From Schmidtea polychroa (Eukaryota): a stretch of 64,000 bases of DNA. The DNA is taken from NCBI GenBank assembly GCA_044892525.1, contig CM097885.1, forward strand, positions 42,470,001-42,534,000, read 5' to 3'. Each line of letters opens with the position of its first letter. The first letter of the stretch is position 1. This document shows positions 12,471-25,384 of the stretch, in pieces. The position numbers and the translations under genes were made by a program. The notes under the pieces are model-generated. The model ran no database searches and had not been told where the DNA came from. It saw only the letters and a list, made by a program, of their open reading frames with translations.

Positions 12471-14371
12471 ACATTGCTGTTGCTTAAGAATCAGTAATAT
12501 TAACGTTAGTAATTAGAAAAATATAGATTGAGTAATATGTTATAATCTAAAAATAAATTTTTAGTTAGTCACTTCTATGCTCATGGTATTATAGGAAAAA
12601 TTTAGTTAATAAATAAGGGACTGGGATTAAAGACGAGTAAATGGCTTCTGACCCACTTGAATGCTCGACGATTATAGTGTACGAAGATACGCTCACTTTT
12701 CTCGTGTATTCGCCCATCCGAAACAATTCCAATATTGATCATTCAATGGGTGTTGAATGATATAGCAAACCATTGCATTCTGGGTTGCGTTGGTGACAAT
12801 CCAAAGGGTAAAATATCAACAATGTAAGAAGGTAGAGATAGCTTTATCTAACAACTTGCAAACCAGTAAAATGGTCACATACGATCAGCTAACTCAAAAG
12901 TGAACTACTAACCTCGTATACACAGCAAAATAAGAAAAAACTTGTTGAATGCGCTATTAATCAATTCTAATCTGATTGGTCGATGTTGTTGAAATCCATC
13001 TTGTCGGCATTTTATAAAATATCTTCCATTGCTCGTATTTATATTATTATGACTACAGAAATACAATATTCGAAAAAAATTGAAAGAACAGTGATGCACC
13101 TCATGTGAGAAGAATGCAACTGAAATCTCTAAATTTAAAACTTAACTCACCAAACCAAAAAGCAAGTTAGACCATCTGGAGGGATGTGGTTTACATCCAA
13201 ATGTGTCATCGACCTGGAAAAGCAACCTAGTACCGCTATTATCTAATCACCGAAAGTCTGACCCAGCAGAGCTTAATCCATGAGCAAAGTAAAGCTCTTA
13301 TGCAAGTGTACACTCAAGTGGAATTACAGATTCGCATTCTAAATCTTTCCCTCGTTGTGGATCTCAACATTGTGCCTGCATATTCCTGTACATGAGAGAT
13401 ATATTCATCAACTCCTGTTCCGATGAATATGGACCGCGAGCCAAAGAGAACCAAAAAAGGAAATCTCAGGGAAGCTCACCGACTGAGACGGAAGTGCCTA
13501 CTAGCTATCAATGAGACGCCTAAACTAAACTTGGATTCGACAAGGTCAACATCTAACATTTTGCCAACCGGTCACAGAGGCCTCATGGTAGATACCGATG
13601 CAGATGAGGACTTTAATGAAGTTTTGACTACGTGATCTTTGATGAAGTTTTCCTGTCGTTCTATTTAGTAAATTTCTTATTTTTAGTAGACATATGCAAG
13701 TGTAAGAGACGAGGAATGTATGGGTCATTAACTCAAATGAGGGTGACTTATCTTGGTTAACTCGCTAGCGCAAACGGTTCGTGACTAACAATCGATTATC
13801 AGAAGACCTTCTAATGGTACCCAGAAACCCGTATGTGGATACAAATAAAAAGCAGTTTTAGCATTGGGCCTCATCTACCATTTGCATCCAGCTTTGTTAT
13901 ACAATACAAACATGGCCGTCACCATGGGTACACAGTCGGTGAAAGTAAAATAGTCATGGAGACGTCTTGACATAACTAGTATGTTGTGCATGCGATATAA
14001 CCTTAGATATTCGATCGATTAAAACATCAAGTGTCAACAATATTATAGATATTTCTGTTGACAGTTGGGGACACAGCAAAAGCACTTTGGTTTACATCGG
14101 TTGCTTGTAGACATTGTTTCATATTCGATTACCATTAGTTTCCCTTGAAATGTGCCTAAACAGCCACCATAATAACTGAAAATACTGTTGGGGATGTATT
14201 ACGCACTTGGGACCCTCTCTATTGTTCCCTTTGTGGAGACTACCTTCTTAAGTGACGTCCATAATAAATGGTCCCTTAAGACTCAAAATTCGGATATTTT
14301 ATTTACACTATTTCTACAATCATTGAAAAATTATATTTAGTATTATAAAATGAAGCTTCTGATAATTAATA

Positions 14372-15130
14372 CTACCTCTGTTTCAAATTAAATGAACCTT
14401 TTTTAGTTTTTGACCTAAAATAACAAACTATTGAAAGTTTTTTCAATTTCATTGTGGGATGAATATTAGTTGGCTGATTACTAATCAATAGTTCTGAATT
14501 ATCCTGACAAGTTTGAGAGCAGTGCTCAAAGTCACCGTTTGTCTATATTCAGAGTTGTACCCGCTTCGCTTAAAGTTTGCGTTAAATATCAATTATAGTG
14601 GCAAGCTTTTATTATCCCTCAACATGGTAAAACTTAATATGAGAAGTGATACACGTGAATCCTTGCTACAAAATCAAAAAAATCTTCGATTGAAACATGA
14701 CGCTTAAAACTATGGCAACTGGCAAATGTAAAATATTGAAGGCATCAGTTAAAAGAATTTAGGAAAGAGCAAAAATATGTATAAAAAATCGGAAAAACAT
14801 TAACTTTTTCGCCTAAAAAAAGGAAACTGACAGAAAAGGATAATTAAAAATATTGATGTAAACCACATGACTGCTTTATACATTCATCATGACCTTTATG
14901 TAAGAATGGAGAAATAAAACACCATTAAACAATCAGTTGAAACGTTTGGAATATTGTTTACCATTTCTGGATGATAACGGTCAATTACAAGACATGCTTG
15001 ACTACATACACATCGATGAAACATAGTTCTATATTACCATAATTAAACAGAAGCAGTCTAGCCATCAAGTCAATAGTAAGCCCAATATAGTAAAAGTAAT
15101 GTTTCTGATTGCTTTGTACGACCACGGTTA
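14372..15130 (+). mobile_element. Decayed DD39D-like (plant/oomycete-type) Tc1/mariner transposon
   Basis: TA followed by CTACCTCTGTTTCAAATTA (Stowaway-like TIR). Translated remnants ESLLQNQKNLRLKH, ASVKRI*ERAK, QDMLDYIHIDET*FYIT, SKPNIVKVMFLIA and a shifted RPR. Right TIR not found. Confidence 0.65.
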
Positions 15131-15656
15131 AATTTTTTGAGTACTCTGACGGAAGTGGAAATCGTAATTTGCGGTTCTAGTTTGTATTAAATCGTTCTAT
15201 TTAATATTATTTTAGTGAAATCAGTTAATTTGGAATAGAGATGGTCTTATTCAAAGCACTTTCATCTCGTATATTAATTTGAATAATTTTAGCTATTTCT
15301 CACTGCAACATTGTACGAGTTTAAGTCTTAATTATAGGAAAGTTTAATTTATTTACCAAAATAGAAAATTTAGTGTACTAGTAATAAAATCCAATAAATA
15401 TGCAAAATACAAATATCTTTTAACACGTCAAAAACCCATGCTTTTTCGGTCAATAACATTTAAAATTTTAACTTTAGATAATCTTTTCTCGTTTAACTCA
15501 TTAGTAATTATAATATTTGGAAATAACATAAAATTTAGAATAATAATACAAAACACAATTTACTAAAGAAATATACATTTAAAATCCAATAAATGAAAAT
15601 CATTTTTACAAAAAAGCACAGCCATAATGATATAGATATGATACATTATTTTAAAG

Positions 15657-16097
15657 TTAGACATACCACATTATTAATAACATTAAAGTGAAAATTAAAC
15701 GACCTGATATGACAAGAGAAATTTTGGAATTACATAAATTTGTATCACAAAAACATCGCGTTTGTATGGTGTTAGATCCATAGTAATTGACGCATTGATT
15801 CGGCCAAGCAGGTGCAAAATTTCTTAAACAAAACCTACTTAAATCAGTAGTAATAAAATAATCTTGAAGAAAGCGAGGTTTCCGATAATCATATGCCATA
15901 ACCGTAACGATTTTGGCACAAGCACTACAATTTGTAAATTTAGTAATTTCATTTTTCAACGGATCACAAGAACGAAGAGTTTGCTCGTTTTGACGTTGAA
16001 TTATGTTGCATTGGTAACATGTTAATCCCGGCTTGTTAAGATTTTCATCCCCAAATACATAATAATTAAATGTTAATAACAGTAAAAATAATAACAT
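15657..16097 (-). CDS. Intronless Ly6/uPAR (three-finger, quiver/sleepless-like) protein with signal peptide and GPI-anchor signal, 146 aa
   Basis: Hydrophobic N-terminus MLLFLLLLTFNYYVFG; 10 cysteines from LTCYQC to RCFCDTNLCN; C-terminal hydrophobic tail LIFTLMLLIMWYV; intact ATG to TAA. Confidence 0.85.
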   Translation of the reverse strand: MLLFLLLLTFNYYVFGDENLNKPGLTCYQCNIIQRQNEQTLRSCDPLKNEITKFTNCSACAKIVTVMAYDYRKPRFLQDYFITTDLSRFCLRNFAPAWPNQCVNYYGSNTIQTRCFCDTNLCNSKISLVISGRLIFTLMLLIMWYV

Positions 16098-16499
16098 TTA
16101 AAATTAAATTTATAAATAGTTTTCCTGAAATAATTTGAAATACACGTTCAAATCCTTTCAACAAAATAATGTTATTTAATGTGGAAAAACAAATGTGAAT
16201 GTAAAAATATTTATAAATTTTAGATTAGATCATAAATATTTTATAGAATTAAATCTAATAAACTAATTAAAAGTTTAGACAATTTTAAAATATTTAACTT
16301 CATTTAGGTTTCTTACACATTTTTATAATTAAAACAATAATTTTTGAATATCTTGAAATGAATTTTGATGTTTTCTGTTTGAAAATACTATTTAAAGTTA
16401 TTTTTCATTCTAATTACTCCTTTTATCTTCGAATTTCAAATAGTTACAATGACAAATGTTCCCAATTGAAAATAGTTCTTGTAACATGGTACTGGTTTG

Positions 16500-16960
16500 A
16501 CGTTATGCAATGACTAAAAACATTTGAGTTACCTCTCAGCTCGATATAACATTGTTTTACCACCTGCCACAAGTGGCTAATATGAAGTTACGTCCGTTGA
16601 CATATTTTCCTTTCCTTGACTACGAGTGTAATTCAAACTTTACCCATCGGTATGGCTCCATATATCAGACACAAACCCAAATCAAAACACGATGCAACCA
16701 AACTACACCTGTCACAAATAACGTTAACTGCGTGTAGCCTGAATGAAGCTCAAAAACCTCCATGGGCCTGCTTAGTTCATGTATTACTCAGGTCCAGGAT
16801 GTTTGCTGTTTTTAGTTTGCTGTCTTAATTTGTTTCAGCCGCAACCAAATTCACATCGAGATTGTGACAATGCTCTTTAAACCTGCCATATTTGAGCTGG
16901 AAGTACCCGTTGACCTTGTAACTACGTTAAATATTTCCATTTCTACGGTAATTAATATCA
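16500..16960 (-). pseudogene. Possible AP-endonuclease remnant of a non-LTR retrotransposon
   Basis: Broken frame HNLDVNLVAAETN*DSK...QAHGG loosely resembles the N.D..(I/V)xET and GGG motifs of APE domains. Weak. Confidence 0.25.
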
Positions 16961-17699
16961 TTGTTCAATTGACACACCATGGTAAAGTTTGCTTTTCATT
17001 TCTTAATGAAAAACCTGAACCTTCTGCTCGTTTCTTGTGTTGGGCTGAAACCGAGAACTGAGAGTTTGTTTTAATCGATCGAAAATACCGAACACAAAAA
17101 CCGCAAAGTTGAAAATGATCAAGGTTTAATATAAAATAAATAAAATAAGTTACATCACACATTAAGAATCAATAAACCCCGTATAATAGAATAAAGAGAT
17201 AAATAAATTTAACAAAAAAATTCAACACTTAAAAATTTCGATAGAAACATAATAAAATGTAAAATAGAATTATTTGAAAATTATTTAAACGATATAAAAA
17301 CTAAATCGTCAAAATTGTTGGCGTATGTGGGAGAAGCAAGATACATGTACATGATTGTCAGACATACCAAGCCTCACCGTTCCGCTCAGACACTTCCCTT
17401 ACATACTCCAAATGATCATACAAATATTCCCACGTATGAGCCCGTGGTGATATTCCACGTTGGTACTGCCCACACGGGTTGGAAGAGGTTAGCAGGTGAG
17501 CCCTTGCCTTAGGACTACTCCCAACCCCTTCTCGGTTCGGGTTCCATGGTGCCTTAGAAGGTCTTATCCAACTCTACACACATAACTCAGTCCGCCCCTG
17601 GTCCAAAAGGACGACCGTAAACTTAATCACCATCATTCCATTCCACGCCTGCATTCAGACAGATTACAATCATACACGTTGAGAATAACCAAAAGAAGT

Positions 17700-18601
17700 C
17701 AACAATTTGTATTGAAAATTAAATTATTACGAGGGATCATTTACCACATCAACACATCGATTCATACCATATTTGCATGCTACACCGTCAACTTTTACAA
17801 TGTCCGTTCACGAGAGAAAATCGGGACCGATCACAGTTGCTCATTAAAACCATCGCCTTCGGCAATCATCTCGTCGATGTCGACAGGTCAGTAATGGTCG
17901 GAAACGTATTTAATCCCTTCTGCCGGAATTATTTTGAAGATCTCTTTGGCTGGAATTGAATGCGTGGAAGATATCTCATTAATTTTGGATTGCGCCACTG
18001 ACAACGACGCTTCGAGGGCGGCCATTGCGTCCCTACGTTTTTGATTTTTCGCTGATCGGGTTGGCCGTTTCCGCTTACGAGGTGGCTGATTGTTCCCTGT
18101 CGAAGGGGTCTCAACGGAGGCTACGAGGACCGGGGCCAGGATCGGATCTGAAGGTCCGCCTGCCAATGGCCGATAACCCGATAATATTGGGGCCGGAATG
18201 GGCGGCAGATGGGGACCATGCCCGGACAACTTGATGTTGAGGTCTCGGATGATTGATGGTGGATTGGGAACACATTGGTTCCATCTTTGATTGGGAATTC
18301 GCGAACTCGTTTCGCTATCTCGGCATCGGAATAAATTTTGTGGAGGGCTTCAGACTGAGCCTTTATAGTCAACCGCTGACATCGGCTCTCCTCCAGGAGA
18401 CTGTCACGGCAGTGCTCCAGACGTAAAATTTTGTTTTTCTTCTCTTTAATCTGTGGCGGGGAGAACCACGTCCCTTCATAGAGGTCAATTCTCTCTTTCA
18501 ATTCCCCGATGTATAGGTGTAATTGAGCAATGTCCGCGTTCTTGTCTGCGCAAGAAAAACACGGGCGGAGATCTTTATTGGAATTCGTTGGAGTAGTCAT
18601 C
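17700..18601 (-). pseudogene. Frameshifted ORF of unknown function: CxxC, coiled coil, Pro-rich linker and basic NLS-like stretch
   Basis: Track ORFs 18121-18678 and 17888-18229 overlap and read as one protein with a frameshift (MTTPT..PCFSC..IAQLHLYIGELKERIDLYE; PPRKRKRP). The ATG at 18601 follows TTTCAG, a splice-acceptor-like site. Architecture recalls non-LTR ORF1 proteins. Confidence 0.35.
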
Positions 18602-19371
18602 TGAAACCAAAACGTGGTGGTTAAGTTCAGCAAATTTATTTTTACGCCCCATACCGAACTAAACGTGAGTTTCATCATACCGCAACCATTCTACCCAGAA
18701 ATGAACCCAGTATCACCTCACAATGTTCACATACATTCATTCTCAAGCATCCGAGTTGATATGTTCTATTTCCACACCTCTTATGAGAAGAAAACAGAAA
18801 AATCTTTTAGGAAAAATTGTTTATTCGACTCCTGGGTCCGTTCATTTTAAAGATTATGTTTCGATTTTTAAACCAAATTTGCCTAAGGCGCTTTCCCAAA
18901 ACCATCAAGGCATTTACGTCGTCTTCAATATATCCATTATTCATTTATTACAGTCGTTGTTAATGAGTTATCATTACATATTCATTATTATATTTTTATC
19001 CCCATTATTTGCATTCATGAAGGCGTTAAATCGGATTAAATTTATATGGAAATTATATTTTGCGTATCAAAATTATTTTCGTGTGAGTATAAGTTGTTAG
19101 TGTGCACGGGTGGCTAAGCTACTAGCTCTGTGAAAAAGTGGCGTTATCTAATTTAATTCTCTTCTGTCGAAATTATTGATATTCAGAAGATAAAATAGAC
19201 TGAGACAGAAGACGAATGGATTGTTACGAGTGCGTGAATTAATTATCAATTTATTCCAATAAAAGTTCACTCTACTAGTAGATTTGCGTCAGTTCGTGGA
19301 TCTACGATATCAACTGTCAATATCTCACTCAACGGCCTTTGCGAAAATAAAATCCTCTGTGAATTATCTTA

Positions 19372-20322
19372 TCAGGAAATTTTTAGCCGACGATTACGGT
19401 GGATTCTAATCTGGTTAAAATGGGTGGACAATTTCATGGCATTGCCAGCACTATTTCATACGAATAGGTGGTGAATATTCCGATAATTTATCGGGAAACG
19501 TTGATTTTCTGTCAGGAAAGGAACTCTTATCAATAGCCCTAAATCAATAATTCACTCGCTGAGTGCATAGCTGATGGGTTTAGAAGCCAATATCCGTTCG
19601 ATGTGAACGCCGTATACATCTCGTAACTGTTGGATTTTTCTCGTGGGTTATTACTGAACCAGTTCCTTTCCAAGTTTGTCTATGGTCAAGCTTGCATAAG
19701 AAAAATGATTTTCCTTCTCTATGTAAATGCTCACAAAGATGAAACTTGTCTTCAGGGTCGAGCTCACGAAGAATTCATACTATACCCGGAATTCAACCAG
19801 ACTTCTGACCGTTGGAAGCTCAAAGTTGCTAAGATTCAAATATAGGAAAACGCGCTTCGCGATCGCACTCGATGGAGGAACATTTATTTACAAACTAGAA
19901 CCTGACTTACGGAGTCTCTTCACCCCCCACGACACACCCAGGAACGGCATACACTTCTGCCACCATTCCTGCACCGTCGTGGAAGACCAATCGACTCATT
20001 CCCCTCAATCAAATCAACAAATTAAATCAAAAATGAAATCATAAAGACATGAATAATTGATTAAATAAAATTTACCCGGCGGCCATACGATTTGGGCTCC
20101 AAGTATGATGCTTCCCTGGGCACGTAATTGCACTTTCGTCGCGAAATCTACCGACAAGGTCCTCATAAACTCTCTTCACTTCCCCGGAGTATCAGGTTTT
20201 ACAACATTCATCGGGATACATATTCGAAAACCCCTCGTGGCTATTTCCTCCACCGTGGCATATTTTCGTTCATTCGCATCATACTCGAAGTCACCAGATG
20301 GTACAGTTGCCGGCACTGTCAT
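19372..20322 (-). pseudogene. Possible decayed two-exon coding relic of unknown family
   Basis: Exon 20322-20076 and an AT-rich 72-nt GT-AG intron (20075-20004) join in phase to a ~210-codon frame with 7 internal stops. The coding evidence is modest. Confidence 0.3.
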
Positions 20323-22479
20323 TTTTTCAAATAAATTTATTGAATAAAATTGTCTACTTTTTGATTATAATTATAAAATATCCATAAAGAATTGTTAAAC
20401 ATCAAAATTCAATTTCATACTTTGATTTCGAAAAACTGGGTCGAATAAGTTAACTCGATTGGACTGAGATTAGTCTGTATTCTGATTATTTCCTGTTCCT
20501 TGTAGTCTCTAACTAAGTCTTTGCAATTTGTAGCTGTTGAGTATAATGATAAAGTGGTCCTGAAGTCCTGTAGAGTAGTGATTAAGAATGATACTCTACA
20601 GATTTTCTCATTCTTTATATATTATTTTCCGTCCAATCAGGACGCGACTTGCTTGTAATTCTATTATTTATTATTATTTGTATGTTTTTATTATGATATC
20701 TTTGGATTTTGATGACTTTATGCATTTTTTCTTATTGTTTTATTTATTTTCCTATTTTTTCTTATTTTTCCTTATTTTTTCCTACGGGTTTATCGTTATT
20801 TTATTGTAGCATAATCTTTTGTTTTATTTAGACTTATAATTTGGTTTTATTTCTATTTTGTTTTCTGTAATTCTTGTTTATTTTTCTAACTTTGTTATTC
20901 TATTTCCATTTTATCTGTTGTGTGTCTTAGATTTCTTGTCTTATTTCTAAATCTTAGGGGTTTTATTTATTTTGTTACTTATTCTTATTCCTTCTATTAA
21001 TATCTTATTATTCCCCCTATTTATTACTGAGATTTTGCTGTAATTTATTTTTTATCTCGTTTTGTTTATTTTACGGGGTTCGTTTTCTCCCTATTCGATC
21101 TAGTTTTTCCAACTTCAAAACTTAGCCCAACAAAATAATAAAATTAGTTAGCATTATGTAAATTGTAAAGTTTATAGAATTAAATGGTTATGTAACTTAT
21201 TAAATTTAAAGAATAGAAGTGTTTAAATTACTAAAAATTAATATAACTCAAATTATTTAAATTATAAAATTTATAAAATTAAAATTAATAAAAAATTAAA
21301 TAATTAATTAATTAAATTAATGAAATTAAAAATAAATAAATAATTGCACACACTCATGCATGTATGCAAAATTAATTCAAAATTTCTCGCACTCTAATTG
21401 GATAGAGTGGCAGAGAATGCATGAATGCGCATTCAAAATCAGTATAAATACTGATTACAAATTCATTTGAAGAAGCTAGTTTTTTCAACACTACAACTGG
21501 TCATTTCGGATAGTGTAACCATTTCATTGACGGTAAACACTTGCTCTCAGTTTTTCTCGATTTTATGCCATCGTGGATTGGATTGGGTAATTTTATTTTT
21601 TTTTATATGAAATTTTTGTGTAATGTTTTAAGCTAAATAAATTTTATATTCAATTTAGTTCAGTTGTTTAATTGTTTAATTTTCATTTAATTTTTAAGTT
21701 TTGGATAATAATTTTTATTGGGTTCAATTGTTATACTTATTGATTATGAACGATAGTACCGTGGAATTGAGATCCAGCATATCATGGTTTGAGGTACCTT
21801 CGGGATGCTCAGACTGGTGGGTATGATGGCTTTTCAATCGCGCAGCTGATTTCGGGCCGAAATGTGGAGGCTTCTCCACGGGTCCGTCGCTGGAAGAACT
21901 TTGGTCAAACATAGGTTAGGACTAAGAATACAGGCAGATCCCTGCTCAAATTTTTTGAAGAACAATTTAAATATTATGGGAAGTGTGGATTAACTTGGAA
22001 ATAAGGGCCGATCTCTGCTTAAATTTTTTGCGAGATAGGTTAAATATTCATAAACATCAAGGAAAATACCTAGCAACATTTATTAATAGAAAAATAAGGG
22101 CGCATCCCTGCACAAAATTTTGAAAAGAAACAATAGAAAACATCTAAAAATGAAGACCATAGCCGAATGAGATAGAAAAGTAGAAATAGAAAATGATCGA
22201 TGACGTAAGACCTTCTATCGGCCGTCTAGAACCCGAAGAGAAAGTACAATGGGGAGTAGTTTTAGCAATAGAGCTCACCTGCTCATTGTTTTTTCACCTT
22301 TATGTACAGTACCAACATGGTCGTCGCCATGGGTACACAAATGGTTTAAAGTACAATAGTCATGGAGGTGCTTAGGAAAGAGTCGAGTGAATGCCTATGA
22401 TTACCCCTAAAGTATTAAAAATTTAAAATGACACACCCCTAAGTAACCAACACTTGCATTGAATTCGAAGGCTTGTAAA

Positions 22480-22850
22480 ATCTACCCATTGTACAACAGG
22501 ATCCAAAGTGGCAATGGATTTATCTGTTTCACCAAATACGACACGAAGTTACCTAAAAACCTTAGATACAATGGAAAGACAGCACGAATGAAAGCCACTA
22601 TTGTCATAAAAATATCATCAGCCGTTTTACTAATCTACAGAGATGATAACAAAGTCTCCTAATTTTTAGAAAATTTCATTTTCAGTGACGAAAGCTCCTT
22701 TCAACAATTTTCAATGGACGATTGAATATGTATGTAACAACAACCTAATAAAGAGTATGATCCCCAAATGCTTCCAACAATCAGTTAAGCATTCTTTCTT
22801 TGCTATAGTATGAAATACCATTTGGTTTGATAGTCTTTTTAAACATTTCG
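22480..22850 (+). mobile_element. Tc1-family transposase relic
   Basis: YNGKTARMKPLLS, then NFIFSDESSFQQF (first catalytic D, FSDES) and PNKEYDP, across frameshifts. Confidence 0.65.
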
Positions 22851-25384
22851 TTTCTTCGACTGTTCTTGAACAAACAATTTGATAACAAAAAGACTAATTA
22901 GGATTTTGCTATCATTAATAAAAACAATAAAAATATAACAATTTACTACACCTACATTCAGTTCTATTTCATTTGAACTTTATCAGCATTTGAGTTATTT
23001 ATAAATTAATTTGCTTGCCACCTACAGCTCACTAGGCATTCAGGATCACAAGGTCTTAATGCCCTATAAATTCCTTTAATTTTTAATGTTGATTTTAGAT
23101 AGATCGTACTATGCTGCACTATGCGTCGATTTAACGAAAATTTGCTCGCCACACACAGTCCACTAGAAATTAGTGTGACAAGTCCTTCGGTTTTGTATAT
23201 TAAGACCTACGCACAAACAAGAAAACTTGACGCAGTTCCCGATCTTTTAGAAATTTTGATAGCGATTTTTTATTATTTATTTTCTAATTTTATTTAATTT
23301 TAATCAAATTTATCACCATGATAGATTTGGCCATTTTCTAGAACCTACTAAATTATTTTAATGGTTTTATTATATAATTTCTATTTCTTTTAATTCCTAC
23401 GTTATTTTTATATTATTTGTTGGTAAATTAATTTTCTAAATTTTCATTATTTAGTTTCTGCTAGTTTCGGCGCTCTGTTAGATTTCACAATTTTTCTAGC
23501 ATTTTATCATAATTTTCAATTCTTAATTTATTCTATACCTTTTTCTACGAAATCTTTCAATTTCTAGTTTCTTTTTATCGCCATGGATTCGAATCTGTTT
23601 ATGTATTGTTGTTTATTTGTGCTATATTTATATTTATTTTGTGCACTGCTTCTTGATTTTGTTATTTTATTTACTTTACTTTCATGTTTCGTTATCTTGA
23701 TGTTACATAGTCTCTTTTATCATGTTTACTTAACTTAAATTTATGTTTTTTAGTTTTTACTTTACTTAGGACTATATATGCGTGCTGTTTTTGCGCACTG
23801 TGATCACAATTCATTTATTTGGGCATAAAATCAGCTTTTACCCAACAACCCTAACATTATTTCCAACTCTCGTTCGATCACACTAACTACTAGTATTTGA
23901 CAACTCTAACACTTCTTCATAACTTTTAAGGTTGTTAATAGAATTATAATTATTATTTTTATATAAATTAAAATTATGACCATCAGTGACCATGAAACCA
24001 TTTTTACTTATTAAACCAACCCTATCGACCGTTTATGGTTTCTAAATCCATGGAGGCCTTAAAATATGATCCTTAAACTCACCTTGTTGATACTATAACG
24101 AATTTAAATCGGCCTTATCCTTAGAACTTGATCGTTAAACTACCATTTTTACTATTAAATTCACAATTTCCACCATATGGCATATATTTCTCCATAAAAG
24201 TGCCTAAAACTTTCCTTAAAATAAATGTAAAAAAATAATTTTGAATTCAAAAGTAATCAAAAACAAAACTGGTGAAATGATGTAATTAAATTGAATTATG
24301 ATATAATATTCAAATAGGAATGACAGAAAATACAAATAATAATTACCCACTTTTTTTGTAGACATTAGCAAAAGTTGAATTCCAGCCTGAAACTGCTATT
24401 GTTCCGGTATACCAAAGGTTCATGCAGTACAGATGGAAGTCTATGGTAGTTTCTACTCTCTTTAGGTCACTTTCTTTACAGCAAATTGACAACACTTTCC
24501 AACCTTCTTATACTCCGAGGAAGACAAAATGCAAATACATGAAAATATATTGTTATGTTTCAACAACAGAAACATTCTCACCATTTGAGATCTTAAAATA
24601 TTTTGGCTGCTTTTCTAATACACGAAACGGATGTGTATATCGTATAACTTTTCTTAAGCACACAAATTTACAGTCCTGAATACATTTTGTAATTGTCTCA
24701 TTTAGTTTCGCAAAAATCTTTCGAGTGTTTTGAAGATGTCAATAATTTCTTTAATTGAAATGATGATGCTTCTTTCGAAGAATTAAACATAAATCCGTGT
24801 ACAGCAAAATCACAACCAAATGCATTTATTGTAGGAAAATAACCCGTGGAATCTTGTTATCATCCCAATTTTGACCAATCGTCGAAAATCAAATCCTTGT
24901 TTTGAGGAATAGTATATAAATGTGTGCCCAGCTGATTAGCTGTATGTTTATTAAAGGCATTTAATCATCTAAGTCCATTCAGGCATGTTTTACACCATTT
25001 GCACCGAATAAGAACTAAACAATCTACAGTTGGTCTGCCGGTGTTCATTAAACGTTTCAAATTTCTTATTGCATTGAATGAAATCTATCTCCATTTTCAA
25101 AAATTAGCAAAAAAAGTCAGATGCATTATATTTAACTGGGGAGGTTTCATTACGAAATCTTCCTTAAAATTAATGAAATTGGTGCTGTAGTAATCTAAAA
25201 TATTGATTTCCAGTCTTCAATTTTGGCGTTCAAATTTTCTCATATTTGCTAATTTCATCAGGAAATCTGCTTCAATTGGATCAGAAACCAGGTATATTTT
25301 CACACTCACATCCTATCTCTTCCAATAACTGTTATACTTTATAATAGCCAAAGCGCTACACCTAATTCCAAAATATAAAAGTTT

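Noticed and set aside
18830-18930. Homeobox-like KRLRQIWFKNR on the minus strand
   Set aside because: Only the WFKNR core matches; helix 1/2 residues and spacing do not fit and the frame is short.
19410-19460. CWQCHEIVH as a Gag zinc knuckle (minus strand)
   Set aside because: Lacks the Gly before His and the fourth Cys, and lies in a stop-rich frame.
21926-22125. CRISPR-like repeat-spacer look (three ~33-bp repeats)
   Set aside because: Repeats are diverged, spacers are unequal (~39 and ~59 bp) and share TTAAATATT, no cas genes, eukaryotic context.
20400-23900. T-skewed tracts at 20.4-21.1 kb and 23.0-23.9 kb as LINE coding relics
   Set aside because: Strand skew suggests retroelement origin, but only a weak LKEFIGH*DLVILN match was found; too decayed to call.
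24400-25330. Possible Harbinger/ISL2EU-like transposase remnant (minus strand)
   Set aside because: Only a loose GYFPTINAFGCD resemblance; no catalytic motif or termini could be fixed.
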